DNA of 64,000 nt from Thermoplasmata archaeon (GCA_049967255.1 JBMFTB010000002.1:2747-66746); one strand, 5' to 3'. Shown: positions 26,743 to 37,031, counted from the first letter of the stretch. Numbers and translations: made by a program. The notes: a model not told the origin generated them from the sequence alone.

Positions 26743-27272
26743 TTAAAATGCCAGGAAATATTTATGAAAGGGAATTAAGGCGCATATTTTCAGGTGATAT
26801 GGATTTTATAATAAAATTCACAAAATCATTCTTAGAAAGGGAAAGGATGTCATATGCAACAGTTGTAGAAAATCCATTTGTAGTGGTGAGAGCAGCCGGG
26901 TCTCTTGGTGTGGATTTAATAGCATTAAGGTATGATTTTTCATTTCCCATTGAAGTAAAAAGTTCAAAGTTTAAAACACTCAGGTTTGCTGAATCCAATG
27001 GCAGGGCGCAGGAGCAGGCTGAAAATTATATAAGGATTACGAGCAAGGCAGGCATATTCCCAATATATGCATTCAGGCTAAAAAGGGCGCAATCAGATCC
27101 CTGGCGTCTTTTCACATTGCCAGGCTTGGAAACACATGGCCGTTTGTCCCTTTTATATAATTTACTTCCAAAGATAGAGAAGAGCAAAGATGGAAATTTT
27201 ATAATAAGATGGGATGATGGCCTACCATTATCCGAATTCTTAAAGTACATTAATAGATCTATACAATCTTGA
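26739..27272 (+). CDS. hjc: Holliday junction resolvase Hjc-like nuclease (enlarged, 177 aa)
   Basis: YERELRR..VVVRAAGSLGVDLIAL..PIEVKSS matches the Hjc E..(S/A)AGS..D..EVK catalytic pattern. It carries an insertion of about 30 aa and a C-terminal extension relative to classical Hjc of about 125-140 aa. Confidence 0.65.
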   Translation: MIKMPGNIYERELRRIFSGDMDFIIKFTKSFLERERMSYATVVENPFVVVRAAGSLGVDLIALRYDFSFPIEVKSSKFKTLRFAESNGRAQEQAENYIRITSKAGIFPIYAFRLKRAQSDPWRLFTLPGLETHGRLSLLYNLLPKIEKSKDGNFIIRWDDGLPLSEFLKYINRSIQS

Positions 27273-27340
27273 TCCTATGGTAGAGTATTTATACTGGTTA
27301 TTAATTTAAGAATTCACAAATCTTAAGACGGTGATAAAAA

Positions 27341-27769
27341 TTGGCAAATGGTCTTTATACTGCTAAAAAATTAGAACGTGAAAGGCAGAACCTTAGATGG
27401 AGTGATAGGTATTATAAAAAGAGGGTATTAAAGCTCAAGGAAAAGAGCGATCCTCTTGAAGGATCACCTCAGGCTAAGGGTATAGTTCTTGAAAAGATAG
27501 GTATTGAAGCAAAGCAGCCGAACTCTGCTATAAGGAAAGCTGTAAAGGTTCAGTTAATAAAGAACGGGAAGGTTGTAACAGCATTTGCACCCGGTGATGG
27601 TGCAATAAACTACATAGATGAGCATGATGAGGTAGTTATTGAAGGAATTGGCGGAAGGCTCGGCAGATCAAAGGGGGACATTCCAGGTGTTAGGTATAAG
27701 GTGATTAAAGTAAATGGCATTTCCCTCAAAGAGCTCGTTAAAGGAAGAAAGGAGAAACCTGTGAGGTGA
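27341..27769 (+). CDS. rps12: 30S ribosomal protein S12 (uS12)
   Basis: [45 protein letters not shown] start with GGTGAT 7 nt upstream. Confidence 0.9.
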   Translation: MANGLYTAKKLERERQNLRWSDRYYKKRVLKLKEKSDPLEGSPQAKGIVLEKIGIEAKQPNSAIRKAVKVQLIKNGKVVTAFAPGDGAINYIDEHDEVVIEGIGGRLGRSKGDIPGVRYKVIKVNGISLKELVKGRKEKPVR

Positions 27770-27774
27770 AAAGT

Positions 27775-28341
27775 ATGAATAAGATTCTCATATTCGGCAA
27801 GTATGATCCAGATGAAGTTTCAATTAAGGATCCCAGCCTTATCAAATACATGAATCTAAGATCAAGGTTCGTATTTCATACACATGGATTTTACGGCAGG
27901 AAGCACTTTGGTAAAAGAGAAATGAACGTTGTTGAAAGGCTAATTAACAATCTTATGAGAACAGAAAAGTATACGGGCAAGAAATTGAGCTCATACAGGG
28001 TAGTTATGAAGGCATTTGAAATAATAAATGAAAGAACAAAGAAAAATCCATTACAGGTACTTGTTAATGCTATTGAAAATTCTGCTCCAAGGGAAGAGGT
28101 AACAAGGTTGAAAATGGGTGGTGTAGCTGTTCCTAAGGCAGTGGATGTTTCGGCATCAAGGAGGCTTGATGTTGCGATTAGGAACATTGCACTTGGTGCA
28201 ATGCAGTGTTCGTTTAAAAGTCCAAAGCCCATATTCGAATGCCTCGCTGATGAAATTATTAAGGCATCAAACTATGATATGTCAAGCTTTGCTATATCGA
28301 AGAAGGAAGAGGTAGAAAGGATAGCCGCCTCGGCAAGATAA
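27775..28341 (+). CDS. rps7: 30S ribosomal protein S7 (uS7)
   Basis: [42 protein letters not shown] 27775 is preceded by GAGGTGA. The track's GTG 27766 start is less likely. Confidence 0.9.
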   Translation: MNKILIFGKYDPDEVSIKDPSLIKYMNLRSRFVFHTHGFYGRKHFGKREMNVVERLINNLMRTEKYTGKKLSSYRVVMKAFEIINERTKKNPLQVLVNAIENSAPREEVTRLKMGGVAVPKAVDVSASRRLDVAIRNIALGAMQCSFKSPKPIFECLADEIIKASNYDMSSFAISKKEEVERIAASAR

Positions 28342-28343
28342 GG

Positions 28344-30557
28344 GTGATTTCTGTGGGAAGGAAAGAAGACAATATTAAAAAAGCTTCAAAAATAATGGAT
28401 GATATCACAAAAATAAGGAATATTGGAACGATTGCGCACATTGATCATGGTAAAACAACGCTTAGTGACAATCTCATTGCTGGTGCTGGCATGATGAGCG
28501 AAGAGCTTGCTGGAAAGCAGCTCGTCCTTGATTATGATGAGCAGGAGCAGGCTAGGGGTATAACTATAAATGCAGCTGCAGCATCAATGGTGCATGAAGT
28601 CGAAGGTGTTGAATATTTAATAAATTTAATAGATACGCCAGGGCATGTGGATTTTGGCGGTGATGTGACGAGGGCTCTCAGGGCTCTCGATGGCGCGATA
28701 CTTGTTGTTGATTCTGTAGAAGGTGTTATGCCCCAAACAGAAACAGTTTTAAGGCAGGCAATGAGGGAAAAGGTAAAGCCTGTTCTTTTTATAAACAAGG
28801 TAGACAGGCTGATAAACGAACTCAAGCTTGATGCTGATCAGATGCAGAAGAGGTTTGCAAAGATTATTACAGATGTGAACAGGCTTATTAAGATGTACGC
28901 GCCTCAGGACAAAAAAGATGAATGGACTGTGAGGGTTGAAAAAGGAACGGTTGCATTTGGCTCAGCATTCAACAAATGGGCACTGAGTCTTTCATCCATG
29001 CAGAAGAATGGTATTACATTCAAGGATGTTTATGATTATCTTAAGAACGGTGATCAGAAGACACTTTCAAAGAAATCACCTCTTCATCAAGTTGTTCTCG
29101 ACATGGTTGTTCACCATATACCTAATCCTTCAGAAGCACAAAAGTACAGAATACCACAGATATGGAAAGGTGATCCGGAATCTGATGTGGGTAAATCCCT
29201 TCTGAATGCCGATCCAAACGGTCCTACAGTAATAATGGTAACAAAGATCATTGTTGATCAGCATGCGGGTGAGGTAGCGGTTGGTAGGGTTTATTCTGGT
29301 ACAATAAAAAAAGGTGATGAGCTTTACATTTCGGATATGGGCGAAAAATCATACAGGGTTCAGCAGCTCGCAATGATGGTAGGCCCTGACAGAATACCTA
29401 TTGATGAAATTAAGGCGGGGAATATAGCAGCGATCGTAGGTCTCAAGGATGCGATAGCAGGATCAACCGTTTCATCCTTGAAAAACATTGATCCATTTGA
29501 ACCAATGAAGCATTATTCCGATCCTGTTGTGACGATGGCAATAGAAGCAAAATACACAAAGGACTTACCTAAGCTAATAGAAGTTCTAAGGCTAATTGCA
29601 AAAGCGGATCCCTCAATACAGGTCGAAATAAACCAAGAAACGGGTGAACATTTAATATCCGGTATGGGTGAGTTACACCTTGAAGTTACGATTTACAGGA
29701 TTGTTAACGATTACAAGGTAGAGATTGAAACATCCGAACCACTCGTTGTTTATAGGGAAACAGTTGATCACAAAGGAGGTCCGTTTGAAGGAAAGTCTCC
29801 AAACAAGCACAATAAATTCTACATAGAAGTGGAACCGTTGCAGGAAGAAGTTGTAAAGGCAATTCTTTCTGGTGAAATACCGCAGGGTGACAGATTCAAG
29901 GATAAAAAGTCCATTACAAAAAAGCTTGAAGACCTTGGCATGGATCACGATGAGGCAAGGAAGTTTGAGGTAATAAAAGGGCCGAACATGCTTCTGGATA
30001 TGACATGGGGTATACAGTATCTTAATGAAACAATGGAGCTTGTAAAACAGGCTTTTAATGAGGCTATTGATAAAGGGCCTCTTGCCAATGAAAAACTCTT
30101 TGGTGTGAAGGTAAGGCTTGTGGATGCAAAGCTTCATGAAGACAGCATACACAGGGGTCCCGCACAGGTTATACCTGCGGTAAGGAATGCAATATACGGT
30201 GCTATATGCCAGGCTGAAAGAATCCTGCTTGAACCTATCCAGCACGTTTACATAAACGTTCCCACTGAAGAGGTTGGAAATGTTACAAGGGAATTGCAGC
30301 AGAGAAGAGGTGTAATTCTCAGCATTGAACAGGAGGATTACCAAACATCAATAGTTGCAAAGGCTCCAGTGGCTGAATTATTTGGTTTTGCTTCAGCAAT
30401 CAGATCTGCAACAAGTGGAAGAGTTCTCTGGTCCACAGAGAATGCTGGATATGAAAGGGTACCAAGGGAATTGCAGCCAGATGTAGTAAGGAAGATCAGG
30501 GAAAGGAAAGGATTAAAGCCAGAACCATACGATGAGAATTACTACGCAGGTCTTTAA
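28344..30557 (+). CDS. fusA: Translation elongation factor 2 (aEF-2)
   Basis: IRNIGTIAHIDHGKTTLSD, DTPGHVDF, NKVDR, and the diphthamide-region HEDSIHRG. The true start may be GTG 28353 (MGRKED..), preceded by AGGGTGA. Confidence 0.95.
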   Translation: MISVGRKEDNIKKASKIMDDITKIRNIGTIAHIDHGKTTLSDNLIAGAGMMSEELAGKQLVLDYDEQEQARGITINAAAASMVHEVEGVEYLINLIDTPGHVDFGGDVTRALRALDGAILVVDSVEGVMPQTETVLRQAMREKVKPVLFINKVDRLINELKLDADQMQKRFAKIITDVNRLIKMYAPQDKKDEWTVRVEKGTVAFGSAFNKWALSLSSMQKNGITFKDVYDYLKNGDQKTLSKKSPLHQVVLDMVVHHIPNPSEAQKYRIPQIWKGDPESDVGKSLLNADPNGPTVIMVTKIIVDQHAGEVAVGRVYSGTIKKGDELYISDMGEKSYRVQQLAMMVGPDRIPIDEIKAGNIAAIVGLKDAIAGSTVSSLKNIDPFEPMKHYSDPVVTMAIEAKYTKDLPKLIEVLRLIAKADPSIQVEINQETGEHLISGMGELHLEVTIYRIVNDYKVEIETSEPLVVYRETVDHKGGPFEGKSPNKHNKFYIEVEPLQEEVVKAILSGEIPQGDRFKDKKSITKKLEDLGMDHDEARKFEVIKGPNMLLDMTWGIQYLNETMELVKQAFNEAIDKGPLANEKLFGVKVRLVDAKLHEDSIHRGPAQVIPAVRNAIYGAICQAERILLEPIQHVYINVPTEEVGNVTRELQQRRGVILSIEQEDYQTSIVAKAPVAELFGFASAIRSATSGRVLWSTENAGYERVPRELQPDVVRKIRERKGLKPEPYDENYYAGL

Positions 30558-30594
30558 ACATTTTACATTTTTCTATATTTTTTAAACTAAAAAG

Positions 30595-30606
30595 GATTAT
30601 ATATAA
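30595..30606 (+). promoter_or_regulatory. TATA-box-like element upstream of tuf
   Basis: The sequence ttatatataa lies about 55 nt upstream of ATG 30659. GGAGGG at 30647-30652 could serve as the SD. Confidence 0.3.
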
Positions 30607-30658
30607 GCTTGTTATAGGGATTTTGAAGCATTTAAATGAATAAACTGGAGGGAAAAAA

Positions 30659-31930
30659 ATGGTAAATAAACCTCATTTGAACGTGGTGTTCATAGGTCAC
30701 GTTGACCATGGCAAATCTACCACAGTAGGTAGGTTGCTGTTGGATACGGGAGCAATAGATGCAAGAATAATTGAACAGTACAGGAAAGAGGCAACGGAAA
30801 AGGGAAAGGCAACGTTCGAATTTGCCTGGGTAATGGACAGGCTCAAGGAAGAAAGAGAAAGAGGCGTTACAATTGATGTTGCGCACAAGGAATTTGAGTC
30901 ATCAAAGTATTACATAACGATCATTGATGCACCCGGCCACAGGGACTTTGTAAAGAATATGATTACAGGTACTTCACAGGCAGATGCAGCAGTGCTTGTA
31001 GTTTCCGCCAAAGAAGGTGTGCAGGAACAGACAAGAGAACACATATTTCTTTCTAGGGCATTGGGCGTTCCCCAGATGATTGTTGCAATAAATAAAATGG
31101 ATGTTACAACACCCCCATTCAGCCAGGAGGCTTTCAATGCTGTAAAGTCTGATGTGGAGAATCTTCTTAAACCACTCGGTTACAAGGATATTCCCTTTGT
31201 ACCAATAAGCGGATACCTAGGGGATAATGTTGTAAAACAAAGTAAGAACATGCCCTGGTATAACGGCCCAACACTTGTTCAGGCATTTGATGCGTTGAAA
31301 TTGCCGGATAAGCCGGTTGATAAGCCACTCAGGATACCCATACAGGATGTTTATTCAATTACAGGTATAGGAACAGTTCCAGTGGGAAGGGTGGAAACAG
31401 GTGTGCTCAACGTAAACGATCAGGTCATTTTTATGCCAGCGAACAAGTCAGGTGAAGTAAAAAGCATTGAAATGCACCATCAGCCACTTTCAAAGGCAGA
31501 GCCAGGCGATAACATAGGCTTCAATGTCAGGGGCATATCAAAGAATGATATTAAGAGAGGAGATGTTTGTGGAAAGCCTGATAATCCACCAACAGTCGTT
31601 CAGGAGTTCACAGCACAGGTGGTTATACTTAATCATCCATCAGTGATAAGCCCGGGTTACACGCCAGTTTTCCATGCGCATACTGCTCAGGTAGCGTGCA
31701 CAATTACTGAAATAGTCAAAACGCTTGATCCCAGAACTGGTGGAACAAAGCAGGAAAAGCCTGATTTCATTAAAACAGGTGATGTTGCAATAGTAAAGGT
31801 TACGCCAACAAGGCCTATGGTGATTGAGAAATCATCTGAGATCCCACAGCTTGGAAGGTTTGCTGTAAGGGACATGGGCATTACAGTTGCTGCGGGCCTT
31901 TGTCTGGATGTTGTTAAGAAAACATCCTAA
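30659..31930 (+). CDS. tuf: Translation elongation factor 1-alpha (aEF-1a)
   Basis: [36 protein letters not shown]; 423 aa. Confidence 0.95.
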   Translation: MVNKPHLNVVFIGHVDHGKSTTVGRLLLDTGAIDARIIEQYRKEATEKGKATFEFAWVMDRLKEERERGVTIDVAHKEFESSKYYITIIDAPGHRDFVKNMITGTSQADAAVLVVSAKEGVQEQTREHIFLSRALGVPQMIVAINKMDVTTPPFSQEAFNAVKSDVENLLKPLGYKDIPFVPISGYLGDNVVKQSKNMPWYNGPTLVQAFDALKLPDKPVDKPLRIPIQDVYSITGIGTVPVGRVETGVLNVNDQVIFMPANKSGEVKSIEMHHQPLSKAEPGDNIGFNVRGISKNDIKRGDVCGKPDNPPTVVQEFTAQVVILNHPSVISPGYTPVFHAHTAQVACTITEIVKTLDPRTGGTKQEKPDFIKTGDVAIVKVTPTRPMVIEKSSEIPQLGRFAVRDMGITVAAGLCLDVVKKTS

Positions 31931-31952
31931 ATTTTTTATTTTTGGTGATTAA

Positions 31953-32264
31953 ATGGTATATAAAGCAAGAATATTGCTCTCTGGGAATGACTACAGGAAG
32001 GTTGAGGATGTTTGTACTGAGATTAGGAATATTGCTCAGAGGACTGGTGTTGAACTTCATGGGCCAGTGCCTTTACCAACAAAGAGGCTTGTTGTACCTG
32101 TAAGGAAATCGCCCTGTGGTGATGGTTCAGCCACCTGGGAAAGGTGGGAAATGAGAATACACAAAAGGCTCATAGACATCGAGGCCGATGAAAGGGCTCT
32201 GAGGCAATTGATGAGGATTCAGATACCCGATGGCATCCACATAGAAATTGAATTAAAATCCTGA
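31953..32264 (+). CDS. rps10: 30S ribosomal protein S10 (uS10)
   Basis: 103 aa: [55 protein letters not shown]. Confidence 0.9.
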   Translation: MVYKARILLSGNDYRKVEDVCTEIRNIAQRTGVELHGPVPLPTKRLVVPVRKSPCGDGSATWERWEMRIHKRLIDIEADERALRQLMRIQIPDGIHIEIELKS

Positions 32265-32323
32265 TAATTTTAGAAAATCTTTTATATTTACTTTTGTTTT
32301 AAGTTCCAAAAATTATTGGAAGT

Positions 32324-32731
32324 TTGATTATGATAGATACCATTAGGATAAGAAATCTGATAGTTATGCTCGGGTATGATAACTCCTGCAGTAAAGTCCT
32401 TATGTCATTGGTGGAAGAGCACGGATATGTGGATATTAATTATATGGTAAGAAAAACGGGGTATAGCAGGTCCATGATATCATATATAATGAAAAAGCTG
32501 AACGAGAATGGTATTCTCCTGAAAAAGAGAATGGGTCATAAGTACATTTATAATCTTAATGAAAAATTTTTATTAAATATTTATAGTTCATTCATAAGAA
32601 GATTGGAAAGGGAATTGAAATACATAAGCGATGAAAGATCAAAAATATCGGATGAAATTTACGATCAAATAAATATTATAAAAGAAAACATAAAAAATTT
32701 AAAAGGTGAAATTAAATGGCAGAGGTTGTAA
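32324..32731 (+). CDS. Small winged-helix (MarR/TrmB-like) DNA-binding protein with coiled-coil tail
   Basis: SKVLMSLVEEHGYVDINYMVRKTGYSRSMISYIMKKLNENGILLKKRMGHKYIYNLN looks like a wHTH. The C-terminal half is heptad-like. Its 3' end overlaps the radical SAM gene by 16 nt. Confidence 0.6.
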   Translation: MIMIDTIRIRNLIVMLGYDNSCSKVLMSLVEEHGYVDINYMVRKTGYSRSMISYIMKKLNENGILLKKRMGHKYIYNLNEKFLLNIYSSFIRRLERELKYISDERSKISDEIYDQINIIKENIKNLKGEIKWQRL

Positions 32732-34245
32732 TCACCACAGACAGAACAATGATGAGCAACCACCATGGTAAGGAATTCCTTGGATTTGGTGCTACAGGGG
32801 TTCCAATAGTATTTCCTGAAAAATTCTGGATGTGGATGTTTGCTCCGAAGATGAAGAACAAGAATGGAATTCCATGGGAGGCATCCTATGGTATAAGGAA
32901 GATAGAGGCGAAGCTTATAGATTCTGGGATTGATGCTATTGTTGTTGATCCAGATTACCTTGGCAGATATCTCCCGGATGCAAAGGTAATGCTTCTTTCC
33001 CATCATGATTATTTTGGTTTTGGACCACCATCATCAACTTTTGCATCAATATTTAAAACAGAGCCTTTGAATGCAAAGTCATTTGCAAGGATGATGGAAT
33101 CCGAGCCTGTAAGGAGGGCAAAGGCAAAGGGTATAAAGATAATTGCAGGTGGACCTTCGGCATGGCAATGGAATTACAGGAAGGAATTGAAGTATAAGTG
33201 GGGTGTGGACACGGTTGTGGATGGAGAGGGTGAAAGGATAGTTGTTGACCTTGTAAAAAAGGCACTTAACAATGAGCCATTGCCAGAATTCGTTGTTATG
33301 AATAACAAAGATGCACCAACGATTGATGAAATACCTGAAATCAAGCACGCAAGCGTTAATGGTCTTGTTGAGATCATGCGCGGATGTATAAGGGGATGCA
33401 AGTTCTGTTCTGTAACGCTCAGGTCCCTGCGCTTTTATCCATATGAAAAGATTGAAAAGGAGCTGCAGGTAAATTACAGGGAAGGTGTTAGGGCTGGAAT
33501 ATTGCATGCAGAGGATGTACCTCTTTATGGTTCAACTGACTATATACCAAAAACAGAAAAGCTAGTCAAGGTCCATGAAATAGCTAAAAAGTATTACAAA
33601 ACCATGGCATGGAGTCATGCAAGCCTTGCTGCAATTCTCGCGGGGGAGAAAAATGATAAAATGCTAACAAGGGTTGGGGAAATAATAAAAAGGGACCAGG
33701 ACTGGTGGGGTGCAGAAATAGGCATAGAGACGGGTTCTCCGAGGCTGGCAGAGATAATAATGCCAAACAAGGCAAAGCCCTTTGATACAAAGAATTGGCC
33801 TGATGTGGTTGTAGAAGCAGCAGGCTTGATGCAGGATACTGGCCTCATACCAGCAATGACGCTCATCGTTGGCTTGCCTGAGGAAACAGAAGATGATGTA
33901 ATAAAGACAATTGAACTTGTTGAAAGACTATGGGACTTTAAGGCAATAATCATGCCAATGTTTTTTGTACCTATGGGCGTTCTTAAGAACAAGGACTGGT
34001 ACAAGGCATATGAGCTTACAGAAAGCCAAGAAGAACTGCTGAAACTGTGTCTCAGCCATGGCGTGAGGCAGGGTAAAAAGATACTCAAAAATTATTTCAG
34101 GGAACATATATACCTTTACACTCTTTATCCATTCTATTATATTTTCATTGAAACAATAGAAAGACTGGCAAAGAGAAAGGGATACCTAATTGATGACTTT
34201 TCAGAATTAAAGATCAGTAATAGTAAATCTCAGACTGTTTCATGA
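32716..34245 (+). CDS. Radical SAM enzyme with N-terminal B12-binding-like (Rossmann) domain, substrate unknown
   Basis: 509 aa. A single CxxxCxxC motif, CIRGCKFC (codons from 33385). IETGSPRLAE and VGLPEETEDD are typical of the radical SAM TIM barrel. The protein has only 4 Cys in total. Confidence 0.75.
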   Translation: MAEVVITTDRTMMSNHHGKEFLGFGATGVPIVFPEKFWMWMFAPKMKNKNGIPWEASYGIRKIEAKLIDSGIDAIVVDPDYLGRYLPDAKVMLLSHHDYFGFGPPSSTFASIFKTEPLNAKSFARMMESEPVRRAKAKGIKIIAGGPSAWQWNYRKELKYKWGVDTVVDGEGERIVVDLVKKALNNEPLPEFVVMNNKDAPTIDEIPEIKHASVNGLVEIMRGCIRGCKFCSVTLRSLRFYPYEKIEKELQVNYREGVRAGILHAEDVPLYGSTDYIPKTEKLVKVHEIAKKYYKTMAWSHASLAAILAGEKNDKMLTRVGEIIKRDQDWWGAEIGIETGSPRLAEIIMPNKAKPFDTKNWPDVVVEAAGLMQDTGLIPAMTLIVGLPEETEDDVIKTIELVERLWDFKAIIMPMFFVPMGVLKNKDWYKAYELTESQEELLKLCLSHGVRQGKKILKNYFREHIYLYTLYPFYYIFIETIERLAKRKGYLIDDFSELKISNSKSQTVS

Positions 34246-35479
34246 ATTCCCTCAGTAATGCTGTTGCATAGGATCCTTTGAAAAGGGCAAAGGAAAAATT
34301 TGCCTTCCCCTTCATTATGTAGTAATCAAGGTTCAAAAACGGTGTTGAAAGTGCTCTCCTGCTGCCCTTGCTTGCTATTTCCCTTATTTCTCTTATCCTG
34401 AACATTGACTCATTTATATTTTCCTTTTCTATCACGGATTTTTCTATTTCGCCCATTTCTCCTTCGGACAATGTGCTTTCTGAACCAAATAGCACACCGG
34501 AAATGTAAGCTTTTCTTTCGTCCATTCTTTTTTTTATTGTTTCAAAATTTTCACCCGTGACCTTTATAAATCTCTCATTTATTGGTAAGCCAAATCTATC
34601 CACTGGAAGCACAACATCACCTATCATAGGTTCAAAAATTGAAAAATTTTTTAATCTTTCGCTCAGTATTTTATTGAAAAGGTAGCTTTGGTACCCGTGC
34701 ACAAACATCATCTTAAGTGTTCTAGGTAATCTTTCAATTGCACCCCTATAATCATTAGGTTTTTCAATCAAGTGCTTTAGCATTATATACTCATAATCCA
34801 TCTTCCCCTGCATCAATTTCAATGTCCCCTCAGGGTCAAGCGTATCAAAAAAATATTTTCTTGCATCCCTATCTCTGTCAAATGAGAATACGAGGCCAAT
34901 GTAGTTTCTCACAGCTTCTTCAAAATTCCTTTCAATTATAAATTTCCCCACAATATGCGTTACAGGTCTTGAACTCCCGAACCTCTGAACACCAAAAAAG
35001 TTCGGAAATTGTCCTTTATCCATTTCTGATAGCACATTTTTAATGATTTCTTCAGAATCATCGGTAATATCACTTATTTTTATCTGAAAATTATTACCGT
35101 AAAGGTCCCCCAGATCAAGGCATTTGTCGCTCCTGAATGTATCCAGAACTTCAACATCTTTAAGATTTATATTAATGTTGCCACTAAAATTGCTAATGCA
35201 AAAATACTGTGTCGTGATTGCTCTTTTATCCTTTGTTCCTGCAAAAGTAATCGCATTTTTGCTTATGCCAAGAACCTTGCTTAAAGCCATAACAAACCTG
35301 TTTGTTTCCCAGTTTTTTAACCTTATTTTCAGGATTAAATTTTTACCGTTAGATTTTCTATCGAGATCTATGGGTATTTCCTCAACAACAAAATCTTCAA
35401 CTTCCTTTTTCAATTTCCCACCCATGCCCCTTGACTTGGTAAGATATGCTTCAAGACCGATGAATTTTTCATCAACCAC
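34214..35479 (-). CDS. truD: tRNA pseudouridine synthase TruD/Pus7 family
   Basis: FAGTKDKRAITTQ (catalytic Asp motif) and FPNFFGVQRFG; 421 aa. Confidence 0.85.
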   Translation of the reverse strand: MVDEKFIGLEAYLTKSRGMGGKLKKEVEDFVVEEIPIDLDRKSNGKNLILKIRLKNWETNRFVMALSKVLGISKNAITFAGTKDKRAITTQYFCISNFSGNININLKDVEVLDTFRSDKCLDLGDLYGNNFQIKISDITDDSEEIIKNVLSEMDKGQFPNFFGVQRFGSSRPVTHIVGKFIIERNFEEAVRNYIGLVFSFDRDRDARKYFFDTLDPEGTLKLMQGKMDYEYIMLKHLIEKPNDYRGAIERLPRTLKMMFVHGYQSYLFNKILSERLKNFSIFEPMIGDVVLPVDRFGLPINERFIKVTGENFETIKKRMDERKAYISGVLFGSESTLSEGEMGEIEKSVIEKENINESMFRIREIREIASKGSRRALSTPFLNLDYYIMKGKANFSFALFKGSYATALLREFMKQSEIYYY

Positions 35480-35554
35480 ACTCGAAGGAATATAATGTGG
35501 GATAAAAAAGTTCCCTGGGGAAAAAATAAATAGTCATATTAATCTAGGAAAATT

Positions 35555-37006
35555 GTGAGAGAATATTTATCAATGGCAAAAAAGATTGCAGACAGGATCA
35601 TGAGTGAAAAGGATGTTCTTGTTGTTTCACATATTGATGCCGATGGTATAACATCAGCAGGCATAGCATCTAAAGCTTTAGAAAATGCTAATATTAACTA
35701 TAACATAATATTCTTGAAACAGCTGGATACCGGATCACTCAAAATGATCAGGGACAAAAATCCTTCACTTGTATGGTTCACAGACCTAGGTAGTGGAATG
35801 GCCCATGAGATGCATGGGTTGAGTTCTGTGATCACTGATCATCACTCACCCAGCAACATGATCTTGAACGTTCCAAAGGAAATGAGGAAAACATTGACTG
35901 AATTCTTTGATGAATTAAATAAGAATGAGATACTGCAGCTAAACCCACATTTTTATGGCAAAGATGGTGGTGTAGATATAAGCGGTGCAGGTCTAACATA
36001 TCTGGTTGCAAGGGAAATGAGCCAGAAAAATGTTTATTTAAGCCAGTATGCAATCGTAGGCGCAATAGGTGATATGCAGGATTCTTCATTCCTAAAATTG
36101 ACCGGAACCAATAGATACATTTTAAAAGAAGCTGAGGAATTCGGTTTGATCAATACCCTCGTGGATGCAAGATTTTTTGGTCGGGAAACACGTCCAATAC
36201 ATAAGATGCTTGAATATGCATCAGATCCAATAATACCGGGCATTACGGGCGATGAATCAGGTGCATTGAATTTTTTAAACTCTTTGAATATTAGTTTAAA
36301 GGAAGGGGAAAAATGGAGAAGGTGGGTGGATCTTACCAAGGAAGAGAAGAGAAAAATATTGAGCCAGATAGCCATTAATTTGCTCAAGATGGGCTATGGT
36401 TCCACATTGGTTTCAAGGCTAATTGGTGAAGTTTACATTTTACCAAATGAAATGGAAGGATCATATCTCAGGGATGCGAAGGAATTTGCGACACTTCTTA
36501 ATGCCTGTGGTAGGTACGGCAATGCAAATGTTGGGCTTGAAATAGTAAGGGGTGACAGGGGTGAAAATCTAAAAAAGGCTGTGAATCTTCTTCTAAGGCA
36601 CAGGAAGATACTTGTGGATGGAATTGATTATCTCAGGGACATAGGAATAATAAAGCTGGATGATATTCAATATTTCAATGCAGGGTCGCATATACCTGAT
36701 ACAGTTGTTGGGACAATTGCATCAATGGCTCTTTCCTCAGAGATTGCGGATGCAAATCTACCCATTATTGGCTTTGTTGAAAATGAAAATGGGATGATAA
36801 AGGTATCAGGAAGGGCTTCAAGGAACCTTGTGAACAGTGGCCTAGATCTCTCAAAATTAATATCAAAGGCCGCAGTTTCTGTTGGTGGTTATGGGGGCGG
36901 GCATAATATTGCTGCGGGTGCATCTATACCAAGGGGTACAGAAGAAAAGTTTCTTGAAATTATGATCCAGCTGTTAAGGGAATTGAAAAAGACTGGAAAA
37001 AATTAA
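35555..37006 (+). CDS. DHH/DHHA1 phosphoesterase, archaeal RecJ/GAN-like nuclease
   Basis: VVSHIDADGITSAG (motif I/II), ITDHHSP (DHH), and C-terminal GGYGGGHNIAAGA (DHHA1 GGGH). An alternative start is ATG 35570. Confidence 0.8.
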   Translation: MREYLSMAKKIADRIMSEKDVLVVSHIDADGITSAGIASKALENANINYNIIFLKQLDTGSLKMIRDKNPSLVWFTDLGSGMAHEMHGLSSVITDHHSPSNMILNVPKEMRKTLTEFFDELNKNEILQLNPHFYGKDGGVDISGAGLTYLVAREMSQKNVYLSQYAIVGAIGDMQDSSFLKLTGTNRYILKEAEEFGLINTLVDARFFGRETRPIHKMLEYASDPIIPGITGDESGALNFLNSLNISLKEGEKWRRWVDLTKEEKRKILSQIAINLLKMGYGSTLVSRLIGEVYILPNEMEGSYLRDAKEFATLLNACGRYGNANVGLEIVRGDRGENLKKAVNLLLRHRKILVDGIDYLRDIGIIKLDDIQYFNAGSHIPDTVVGTIASMALSSEIADANLPIIGFVENENGMIKVSGRASRNLVNSGLDLSKLISKAAVSVGGYGGGHNIAAGASIPRGTEEKFLEIMIQLLRELKKTGKN

Positions 37007-37031
37007 ATTGTAATTGTTCTTTTTCATACTT

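Noticed and set aside
29673-30344. 223-aa ORF antisense to the EF-2 gene
   Set aside because: It is fully embedded opposite a highly conserved gene and has Phe/Leu/Asn/Cys-rich nonsense-like composition. This is a typical shadow ORF.
33053-34088. Several minus-strand ORFs (70-157 aa) inside the radical SAM gene
   Set aside because: The plus-strand frame carries the CxxxCxxC motif and radical SAM barrel motifs. The antisense frames are low-complexity, Ser/Pro/Leu-rich.
32716-34245. Identification of the radical SAM protein as tetraether lipid synthase (Tes/GDGT-MAS)
   Set aside because: That enzyme is described as carrying multiple additional Fe-S/iron sites. This protein has only four cysteines, three of them in the single CxxxCxxC motif. 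The assignment is therefore not supported, and the substrate is left open.
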